A stretch of DNA of 53,220 nucleotides, the filler included, from Jimgerdemannia flammicorona (lineage: Eukaryota): NCBI GenBank assembly GCA_003990765.1. It is 3 parts of 3 records of this genome, joined end to end, with 100 filler letters (N's around TTAATTAATTAA, not from the genome) between each part and the next. Parts side by side here need not be neighbours in the genome. Positions count along the whole stretch, not along the records: positions 1 to 17,677 come from RBNJ01002455.1; positions 17,778 to 35,452 come from RBNJ01002456.1; 1 more part is not named here. One strand, given 5' to 3'. A model generated the notes under the pieces. It was not told the DNA's origin and did not search any database. It saw nothing but the letters and a program-made list of their open reading frames with translations. This document shows, one piece after another, positions 10,701 through 20,112 of this stretch. Position 1 is the stretch's first letter; every line of letters starts with the position of its first letter. Position numbers and translations under genes: made by a program.

Positions 10701-13440
10701 AGGCTGTTGGAAGGAGTGGAGTTATCAGGAGAGTGGTGCTGCCAGTTGACCAAGGAGATGGTTGAGTTGAAATTGAATTTGAGGGCAGCTAAAGGTAGGA
10801 TAATAGATAGTCTGTTAGCAAGATTGTAGGCAAGGCACTTAGAGGAAGGAGAGTAGCCCACTAAATATTTATCAGGAATCTTGAAAGCCTGGAGAGTGCA
10901 GCACAGCTGGGCATCAGTTTTGCAGGAGGATGGGGTTAAGGTTACTGACATTACTGAGATACTTGGTGAGATATCTGGCCAATAGCATGCTCTCTGGCAG
11001 GATGAGGGAGGGCTAGTAGAGAGTGAGGATTCACAGGGGGATAATGATGACTTGGTTGACAGCTGGCCAGTGGTGGCAGTACCTAAGATAGATAGAGCAG
11101 TGATGGGTATGGTAGCTCTTGAAGAGATATTGGAGGTACTGAGGAATATGTAGGCTGGCTTATCACCAGGGGAGGATGGGCTGTCTTGAGAGTTCTAGAG
11201 GAAATTCTGAGCTGAGTTTAGTGAATGGCTAGTCAAGATAGTGAACTTTGTGTTGAGAGAAGATTGCTGGATCAGTAATAGTTCTTTGGGGTTAGTCTCC
11301 CTGTTATATAAGGAGAAAGGAGACCAACATGTATAGAGGAACTGGTGGTCAATTATGTTACTGAATGTGGACAGGAAGCTGGTGTCCAAAATTTTGGCAA
11401 AAAGGATGCAGAGGTGGATTGGCCAATTGGTGGGTGAGGATCAGCAAGGTTTCATTAAGGAGAGGCAGATTCAGGATAGTACTGTCTGAGTGCAAAATGT
11501 TTTGGAGAGCTGTAGAAGTCAACAAATAGATGAACAGATGGTCTTTCTGGATCAAGAAAAGATGTATGACAGAGTAAGATAGAACTACTTGGAGGCAGTA
11601 CTATGGAGAGTTGGGTTCAGTATGATAGAGGCTCAAACCTTGATGGGCCTGGTACATGAGTGTTGAGTGGCAGTACTGATGAATAGATGGTGTGGCCCAG
11701 AGTTTATCTTGAGAAGAGGTGTACTACAGGGGGATTCTCTTTCACCCCTGCTTTATATTTTGTCCTTAGAGTCTTTATTGGTCTGGCTGAAGAAGAGGCT
11801 GACTGGATTATAGATGGAAGATGTGGTCTGGAAGTTGGGGACCTTTGCTGATGATATGGTAGTTGGGTTAGGTTACATGGAGAATTTTGAAAGCCTACAG
11901 GAAGGGGTTGGACAATATGAGAGGCTGACAGGGGTGAAATTGAATTGGGGCAAGTGTGAGATCATGGAACTAGGGGCTGGACTTAGAGAGAATAGATGAT
12001 TTGGATGAACAGTTGGTACAGAAGAGGTAGTCCAATACTTTGGTATCTGGTTTTCAATATATGAAATAGTGCTATCAAAGGAGTGGTAGTGTAGTATGAT
12101 ATAGAAGTAGGAGAGTGCTTTGACAGGATGGTCAGAGAGGGACTTTTCCTTAGTTGGTAGGGTTGTAGTACTAAATATATACTGGTTGCCTAAGCTGTGG
12201 TATCTTGGGTACCATTTGGACTTCCCAGATTAGGTGATATAGCATCTGAAGAAGGTAGTGGAAGGATGGCTGTGGCAAAGAAGATGGCCATAGATTAGTT
12301 GGGAGATAGTAGTAATGAGGACATTGGATGGTGGTCTGGGGCTGGTGGACTTTCAGAGGTGGTTGAAGGCACTTCAAGACTGGTGGAGTTATTGATTGAC
12401 TGAACTAGGTATAGATGATTGGGGCAGACTGGCTATGGACAATTGAGAGGTCAGGTTCTACCCATGTGGTGAGGCAAGGAAGAATATGTGGAGGTTGTTT
12501 CAGATGAGAAGGATCAGTAGATTATATTACAAGGGGTTCTAGTGGGGCATTGTAGAGGCCTGACTGGTGATGAGACTTACTGGTATAGAGCTAGATAATG
12601 AGAAGGACCCAGAGCAGAAATGGTGGTGACTAGGAGATCTTTGTATTGATGGCCACCAGTTGGCAGAATACTCTCTGTCTGGAGCAATAGAATGGATCAG
12701 GACCAGCCTGCTAGAGAGGTGGCCAGTTGGTTGGTAGAAGGTTGGGTTTGGTAAAGATTGGAAGTAGGGTCCAATATAGTAATTAGGGGACTCCTTACAT
12801 AAGGTGGTTCTACCAAAGTTTTGGGTAATATAGTGGAGATTCTTGAGGAGAAATATAATATTGGAGTACTGGACAGAATGGATGGATGCAGAAGATATAA
12901 GAGAATGTGAGTGGTGTTGTGAGGTGGATAGCAGTATAGTGCAGATATCAGAATATATATTGGTTGCTTGTCTGGGGGTTGAAGAGTATTGGCAGACATT
13001 GGAAGGATATTGGGATCATGAGGGTAGATGACTAAGGGACTCTACTGGTCAGGTGATCAAGCAGTGACTGATGGGAGAGACTGGGGACATGTGGGGGGAC
13101 TTGGGCCATATCCTTAGCATCTGGGTCCTGATGGTAGTACATTGGAGATAGGTATTCAAGAAAGATCTCTGGATGGGAATTGGTGAATTGGTAGAATGGT
13201 GGAGATGGTTACTTCTGGAAGTGGTGCAAGGGTGGTGGTTTCAGGGAAGAGACACCAGCTAGGAGCCATAAGGAAGGTACAGGACATTGTGCAGAGGAGT
13301 CACAGGCACCTAGTACTAAATAACAAAGGGGTACAGTGGAGAGAAGGTGTGAGCTGATGGGCCCTGCTCTGTACTTTAGATATATAGTAATTTTCAGATG
13401 AAGTTATTATTATATTAGATATTTGGATAAAAAAAAAAAA
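7734..13440 (+). mobile_element. Full-length L1/Tx1-type non-LTR retrotransposon (family LA), decayed; ORF1 ~7900-9732, ORF2 9745-~13356
   Basis: Poly(A) at 13429-13440; TSD CAAGACCCACTAA (7721-7733) / CAAAACCCACTAA (13441-13453); APE motifs SLNINGL, GGDFN, WSDH; RT motifs FLDQEK.YDRV, QGDSLSP, FADDMVV; C-terminal CEWC...C zinc-knuckle remnant. Confidence 0.92.
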
Positions 13441-14815
13441 CAAAACCCACTAATCCCAAAATAGCTCAAAGACTTACCACAAACAAAATGCCTGCTGCTT
13501 GCCAAACCTCAAGGTCAAGGAATCACCAAGGCCACTCAGTTGAAGAAAGAATATTCCAAGACATCAGAAGAGCCATGAGGACTCATATAAGAAGGACTCC
13601 TAGTGTCAACCTGGATACTAGTGACCCTTATTATTATATCTACTATGAAATGGAAACAAGGATCACCATTGCCACCAAATGCTTCCAAATGTGGCAGGAG
13701 TATGAAATAGGAAACCTCCTCTATCAGGAGTTTCCACAGGCCAGCTCTTAAGAGTTATAAGATACCACTCTCATGGATATATGTGAAGTAAGGACAGTTA
13801 AGAAGATCTATCAGATCTTCAGGCATGCACCATAGTTGATTTCTAACTTAGAGTATATTAGAGTCTCAGACTTCAGAGACCTGTCAGCCTGCTGTATCAA
13901 TATACTAGAAGCTAGAGTAGTAACAGAAGCCCAGTCTACTATCACCCTTGATAGTGATGAGATAGAAGACTTCTGGCATCTCATTCTTCAGGACAACTCA
14001 GATCAATTCCTGTAAGGATTGATCTCAGTATTCCAAGACCTAAGCATCCAGGTTAGACCTCTCCAAGACCCCACATTTTTTCTCTATTTTGTAGAAGAGA
14101 ACCTCATAGATTGGAGAGCCCCCAATTTCTCCACTGAATATAATGATATCATTGGCAATGACATCATCCCATACAACATATGCAAAATATGTGACCTATA
14201 TGATGACAATGAGATAGACAAGATATTCATGGACCTCATCTCTTTTGAAGACATCCTGACCTCTAATGAGGATGAACCCCCTATGGTTCTGAACTTTTTG
14301 CTCTAAGTTATACTGAATTATGCCAGCATCCTTTTTCTGTGTAATAACTATTCCTCTATCAGCATTCTGATCTTGTGTAACTCAGAATTATTCCAGCACC
14401 ATTTTCCTGTATTACTGAAATTATATCAATATCCTGAATCTATGCAACTATCTGTGCCAATACTGGAACTTGGCAGTTCTAGCATTTTATTTGGTTATTG
14501 GAATTTATATTTAGCTTTATATCTTAGCAACCATTGAATTATATTTTATATAAATACCCTTCTTATTTCTTCTGAAATAAAGTCAGTTCTAGTTCCAGTT
14601 CACTTATTCTCAATTCCATACAAGCAATCTAAGAGATAACAAGACAGTTTAAAGATAAGAAACAAGACAGTTTAAAGATAAGAAGTTTGAGGACTATAAG
14701 ACCTTAAGAAGGCACTCCAATAAGAACTTGCTTATAACAAACTTAAGTTAGTTTAAGAGATATATCTTGAAGAGGATCTGATGTATTTGAAGGACTCAGC
14801 GACTACTCCATGACA
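13441..14815 (+). repeat. Distal part of the G1 3' LTR (proximal part 7516-7733)
   Basis: Resumes the LTR sequence exactly where it was interrupted at 7733. Confidence 0.92.
13488..14306 (+). pseudogene. LTR-embedded ORF, copy 2 (273 codons)
   Basis: ORF pieces 13488-13751 and 14019-14306 are in the same frame; MPAACQTSRSRN...EPPMVLNFLL*. Confidence 0.82.
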
Positions 14816-15411
14816 ACAGATATAGTTGATCTCTTTCTTTACTAATAAGATTTAATAGATAATCTTCTGAGTTTACTTTTCCCAACTTTTACTTTTTCTA
14901 TCTCAGATTGGTTTATTATACCTATTACAGAGTAATAGAAGAGAGACAATGATAATAAGTTGCCTCTTTATCAATATCTAATCAGTACTTTCTCTACTTT
15001 TTTATAGTTTCTAGTATCTCTGGCTATATCTGAGATATACTTATTTTGGTACAGCATCTTCTTCCTTTTGCTATTATCAATAAGTTATTATTTGATATAT
15101 CATAAGCTATATATGGAGTTAGCTAACCTTAGATATCAAATATTAGTATAGATTATATATAGATCTCTGGTATCTATAGTAGGGCTCTCTGAGCTTTAGC
15201 AAGCTTCCTAGTAAATATGGTTTTGATATAGATGACAGCTTTTTGGGTAGAGTTAGGATGGAAGAAGAGATAGCTACTATAGATAAGTAGAAGAATAATA
15301 ATAGTAGATTAGTAAAATACTAGACTGGAAGCAGTTATCAGAGTTAATATAGACATTATCTTGGTAGGAGCTAACAGAGAGTAGAGTGATATAGGAACTA
15401 GTGTTCTGGCT

Positions 15412-15560
15412 ATATCCAACTAGAACTAAGAGTTGATACAGCAATGTGATCAAGGCCCACAGACTTATAAAGTGAGATCTCTCTCATTTAGTAATATCTA
15501 ACTAGAACTAGAAGTTGATATAGTAATATAATTGAGATCTGTAGGCTTGAAAAGTAAGAG
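15412..15560. repeat. Degenerate ~81-bp tandem duplication
   Basis: ATCCAACTAGAACTAAGAGTTGATACAGCAATG recurs as ATCTAACTAGAACTAGAAGTTGATATAGTAATA about 81 bp later. Confidence 0.55.
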
Positions 15561-15834
15561 TGGGGCTTTTTTAAGTCTTAGTCCATATATCAGTTCTTTT
15601 GAGAGAGTCCTATATATAAGTTCTTTACTCACTTATTTTGAATTTATTTTATCTTCTATTGACTAGTTAGAGGGTTTTCTTTATATCAGATCTTTGTTTG
15701 GAGTTCAGAAGACTATTCCTTATTTAATCTCAGTGTTGCTAGATCTAATATATAAGTATACTCTCATATGTAGTTATGATGATCTAGTTCTGATAAACAG
15801 ATAAGTCTAGTCTATATAGTAAGAGTCAGTATAT

Positions 15835-17542
15835 TGTCACATAGTGGTCACTGAGTCCTTCAAATATGTCAGATTCTCTTCAAGGTATATCTTTTAGACT
15901 AACTCAAGTTTGTTATAAGCAAGTTCTTATTAGAGTGTCTTCTCAAGGTCTTATAGTCCTGAAACTTCTTATCTTTAACTATCTTGTTATCTCTTAGATT
16001 GCTTGTAAGAAAGTGTGTATATTGCACTGAGTTGACTGAGTTTATTTTAGAAGAAATAAGAGGGGTATTTATACAAAATATAATTCAATAGTTGCTAAGA
16101 TATAAAGCTAAATATAAATTCCAATAATTAAAATAAAATGCCAGAACAGAAAAAACTGCTAAGTTCCAGGGTCAGCACTGATGGTTGTATAGGTTCAGGA
16201 TACTGGTATAATTTGGTGTCACATCAAAATACTGGTGCTGGCATTATTTGGTGTTATATCAAAATACTGGTACTGGCATTATTCAGTGTTATATCAAAAT
16301 ACCAGTACTGGCATTACTCAGTATAACCAAGGGACTTAGAGCAGAATGTTCAAGACTATAGGGGCTTTGTTATCAGAGGTCAGGATGTCTTCAAAGAAGA
16401 TGAGGTCTACAAATTCATCATCATCACATAGGTCATGCAGGATGATGTCATCGTCAATGACATCATTATATTTGGTGACAGGAAGGAGGTCTAGAGCTCT
16501 CCAGTCTATGAGGTTCTCTTCTACAAAATAGGGAACAAATGTAGGGTCTTGGAGAGGTCTAACCTGGATGCTTGGATCTTGGAATACTGAGATCAATCCT
16601 TACAGGAATTGGTCTGGGTTGTCCTGAAGAATAGGATGTCAGAAGTCTTCTACTTCATCACTATTGAGGGTGATAGTAGACTGGGCTTCTGTAGCCACCC
16701 TGGCTTCTAGTGCATTAATATGGCAGAATAACAGATCTCTGAAATCTGAGACTCTAACATACTCCAAGTTGGGGATTGACTATAGTGCATGCTTGAAGAT
16801 CTGATGGATCTTCTTAGCCATCCTTGCCTCACATATATCCATGGGAGTGACATCTTGTAGCTCTTAAGGGCTGGCCTGTGGGAACTTCTGGCAGAGGAGG
16901 TTTCCTATCTCATACTCCTGCCACATTTGGAGGTATTCAGTAGCAATAGAGATCCTTATTTCCATTTTACAGTAGTAGAGGATATAGTGATAAAGGTCAC
17001 CAGTACCCAGGTTGACACTAGGAGTCCTTCTTGAGCTGATTCTCATGACTCTTCTGATGTCTTGGAACATCCTCTCTTCAACTGAGATACCTTGGTAGTT
17101 CCTTGACCTTGAGGTTTGGTGAGCAGCAGGCATTTTGTTTGTAGTAAGTCTTTGAGATATTTTGAAATTTAGTGAGTCTTATTGGTTGCTGCTACTGTGG
17201 TTCCTTAATCCTTCTTTTATATTCCTTAGGATGCTTGTACTGTGATCACAATGACTCACAGTTGGTCATCATTGCTCATCTCATATACCATATGATCTTC
17301 ATATGCTTCAATCTAGTGGCTTGCAAAGAAAGACTGTCTTCTGTACTGATGTTATCATTCTGGGGTCACTATTACATCTTTCTCCTGAATAAGGATCTTC
17401 TCAAGCATCCTTATTCATTGGTCTAGCCCTGAAAAATTTGCTGATCCCATAACTTCTAGCAAGGGGTTGAAAAGTGGTATTTATGGGCTAGTATCTTCCC
17501 TTTGTATTTTGGTATGATGGTGAAGAGTCACTCTCTTCATAT
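15835..17542 (-). mobile_element. Truncated G1-family element: 3' LTR (15835-17376) plus ~165 bp of internal 3' sequence
   Basis: Reverse-complement LTR with intact TG (17376) and CA (15835) ends; 17377-17542 matches the reverse complement of ~7350-7515, including the PPT. Confidence 0.9.
16336..17133 (-). pseudogene. LTR-embedded ORF, copy 3 (266 codons)
   Basis: ORF pieces 16864-17133 and 16336-16596 are in the same frame. Confidence 0.82.
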
Positions 17543-17677
17543 CCCTTTGATTGTTTTGCACCTATATTTAGAGGCAAGATTTTAAAAGTTTATAACTTTT
17601 AAAATCATAATAGCTTTTAAAAAAAAAATTATCAATAATTTTTTATATAATAATTCTACCTTTGGTAAAAATTTTAC

Positions 17678-17777
17678 NNNNNNNNNNNNNNNNNNNNNNN
17701 NNNNNNNNNNNNNNNNNNNNNTTAATTAATTAANNNNNNNNNNNNNNNNNNNNNNNNNNNNNNNNNNNNNNNNNNNN
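17678..17777. other. Artificial contig linker (N44-TTAATTAATTAA-N44)
   Basis: Exactly 100 bp; the 12-mer places stops in all six frames. Confidence 0.98.
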
Positions 17778-17837
17778 TTTTTTTTTTTTTATCTTCAATA
17801 CAATAGTATACCCATCGATCTATCAGGGACGTCATCA

Positions 17838-18152
17838 ATGACGAGCCAAGACGACGGCGACGATATCGAAATCACTTCACACCCGAAATCTTTTTCGCCA
17901 CATCTCCAAGACTCGTCCCCAATCCCAATCGAAATCCCTCCTACGACTCCATATTTGTTGCCACCACACCCCTCAACAGATGACGTTATCAACGTCAGTG
18001 CGGTGGTGGATACAATCACCGTAGACACTGGTAGCGGTACTCAGATCACGTCCCAAAGCGAACTACCAACACGTACCGTTTGGCCTGTAGGCCTTGGTGC
18101 CAAATTCCACAAGGCGTTTAGCCGGAAGACCAGATTCGAGCGCAACAGGTGA
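17838..18152 (+). CDS. Possible 5' part of a host gene or pseudogene, Pro/Ser/Thr-rich, unknown function
   Basis: 104-aa ORF in CpG-retaining sequence with plausible composition and candidate splice signals downstream; no recognisable domain. Confidence 0.3.
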   Translation: MTSQDDGDDIEITSHPKSFSPHLQDSSPIPIEIPPTTPYLLPPHPSTDDVINVSAVVDTITVDTGSGTQITSQSELPTRTVWPVGLGAKFHKAFSRKTRFERNR

Positions 18153-19202
18153 AAATGACGGCCCCGCCGTTTTTCGTGGTAGCGTAAGGGATGTTGAGCA
18201 AAAACAATACTGTGTGGGGTTTGTGGCACGGTCGCCGGTGGCGATTGCACCTATGTATGGTCCATGATCTCTATCTATCAAGTGTATTTTTGGCTTATCA
18301 GTTTCTAATCAGATACATACCTGTTGGTATACCGCGTGTTCTCACTTTCAGACTTTCCGTTTCTGAGACACATTATCTAAAGTGACCCTTGCAGGGGATA
18401 CGGTAGTGGGGAGGAGCTCGAGTAGGATAGCCTGGCGAAGCGGAGAAGAGTGGCATTGTTGAGACGTGTGGTGAATGAAGAAAGTTGGGGGAGATGAGAA
18501 GCTAAGGACCCATCAACGTAAATCCTCTCCACTTGCCAATTTCCAAACCCTCTGGAGTCAGGACTTGACTTCACTAACTGATTGCAAAACCGCGGACACA
18601 CTAAATTCTAATACTGCTTAAGGATTTCTGGCTAATGATCCCGTTGGCTTCGAAATGAAAACCGATAGCGACTGTAGTACGCAAACTCTCCCCTGATGCA
18701 CACACCATTCCCCATCAACTCTCCTCGTCGCCAAATCTTCCACGACCACAAGCCTGCCGCTCCAACCATATACTTTCCCCACGAGCCCCTGCGTATATCG
18801 ACCTTTGGGATCATGAGAATCGTCAGGGACAGCGACTTCCGGCTGAGCCCGATCCAGAAAGGTTTAGGCAAGTGAGCAGGAAAGATTAAAGCCGTGACCT
18901 GGATTTATTCTTTCTTTTGGGGGGCGGGTGCTTGTAAATACAATATCGTAATGTTAGAGTATCCCCGTAGGATCAGATCAGGAGGCCAGCCACCAACAGT
19001 ATTAATATGCAAATGGCATAGGCACGAAGACTCGGAACATTAATAAACTAAAAGCATGTACATCGGCAATTTATTTACATAAACTCTGAGATCTACCCCA
19101 CACAGGAAACACGACACCCATCCCACCGAACGTAAGCCAGTAGGACGCCCAAAGCACGGGACCTCAGATGCGGTCGAAAAGTAGTCATAAGCGAAATATT
19201 GA

Positions 19203-19372
19203 CAAGAAATGGAGAATGCAAAGAGAAGAGAAATGCTAGAGGATTACAAGAAATGTTGAGAATGCAAAGAGAAGAAAAATGCTAGAGGATTAGAAGAAAT
19301 GTTGAGAATGCAAAGGGAAGAAAATGCTAGAGGATTAGAAGAAATGTTGAGAAGAAAAATGCTAGAATATTA
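19203..19372. repeat. ~45-46-bp purine-rich minisatellite, about 3.7 units
   Basis: Unit AAGAAATGTTGAGAATGCAAAGAGAAGAAAAATGCTAGAGGATTA(G/C); only one unit is present in the paralogous flank at ~22223-22266. Confidence 0.85.
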
Positions 19373-19434
19373 GGGAAACGCCGTGCCAATTGCTACATTT
19401 ATCGGGGGGTTCGCCCATATGCAAATCATCAGTG

Positions 19435-20112
19435 CTACTCCATCACGAGCTGTTCATCTTCAAGAAACCTAAACTCGCGAGCGCGCAAGGAGTTTAGGAC
19501 TTTTACTAACGAGGTCGCGTCTTTCAGGACATGGCTTCGGACGCCCTGTGCGCGAAGTATCTCGGCCACGTTCCAGACACCGATGTCAGCAGAGACCACG
19601 AAACAGGTCTTCCCGAGGAATTGCTTGGTGACTAACCAGCGCGTGGCGTGCAGATTCATCTCGTAATCTGCGGCATCCGCGTATGGGCGGCTCGTATGAA
19701 TGACGTGGATCTTCTTCAAGAATATTTCGTGAATTTTGGGGCCGGCTGGCCCGTAAAACGCGACCGTCTCAAAGATTGTTGGGTCGGGATAGGTAGCGCA
19801 AATTTTAACACAATCACCACGGTTGTCACCATCAATCAGGAAGACAATCGGCGTCTGGCGGTTGAGGTCGACTAATGTGGTGGTGGTGGTGGTGACGGCG
19901 GCGGTGGTGGCGGCAGCGGTAGCGGCGGTAGCGATGGTAGCGGCGGCGGAGGCGGCGACGGCGGCGGCGGCAGCGGTAGCAGTGGCGGCGGCGGTGACGG
20001 CAGCGGCGGTGGCGGCAGGTGCTTCTTGTCGAAACACTTGGGCCAATGTCCTCTGGCGTGGCCTGTGGTTGGGCTGGAGCTTCAAAGCAACCTTGGTGTG
20101 TTTCGAGTCCAT
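19435..20112 (-). CDS. Intronless NYN/PIN-fold putative ribonuclease with N-terminal poly-Ala/Thr tract (225 aa from ATG at 20112)
   Basis: IVFLIDGDN ... AFYG ... ADAADYEM ... FVVSADIG ... AEILRAQG matches the NYN/LabA-DUF88-like PIN pattern (DxxN, central D, SxD); frame is open. Confidence 0.72.
   Translation of the reverse strand: MDSKHTKVALKLQPNHRPRQRTLAQVFRQEAPAATAAAVTAAATATAAAAAVAASAAATIATAATAAATTAAVTTTTTTLVDLNRQTPIVFLIDGDNRGDCVKICATYPDPTIFETVAFYGPAGPKIHEIFLKKIHVIHTSRPYADAADYEMNLHATRWLVTKQFLGKTCFVVSADIGVWNVAEILRAQGVRSHVLKDATSLVKVLNSLRAREFRFLEDEQLVME

Larger units (their letters stand above)
328..14815 (+). mobile_element. Full-length Ty3/gypsy LTR retrotransposon (family G1), decayed, with a LINE inserted in its 3' LTR
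   Basis: Two ~1.55-kb direct repeats (328-1871; 7516-7733 + 13441-14815) with TG...CA-type ends (TGTAATAG at 328, TGACA ending 14815); 4-bp TSD ATAG (324-327) / ACAG (14816-14819); internal order gag-PR-dUTPase-RT-RNaseH-IN. Confidence 0.93.

Noticed and set aside
14638..14683. 23-bp perfect tandem duplication in the 3' LTR
   Set aside because: Present in one LTR copy only; ordinary slippage or assembly artefact.
16228..16315. Palindromic repeats with regular spacing as a CRISPR array
   Set aside because: The intervening sequences are themselves near-identical (tandem units, not unique spacers); no cas genes; eukaryotic LTR context.
17579..17605. AT-rich hairpin ATTTTAAAAGTT-TAT-AACTTTTAAAAT
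   Set aside because: Low complexity, near a contig end, with no associated element structure.
17722..17733. TTAATTAATTAA palindrome within N runs (also 35497-35508)
   Set aside because: Synthetic six-frame-stop linker, not biological.
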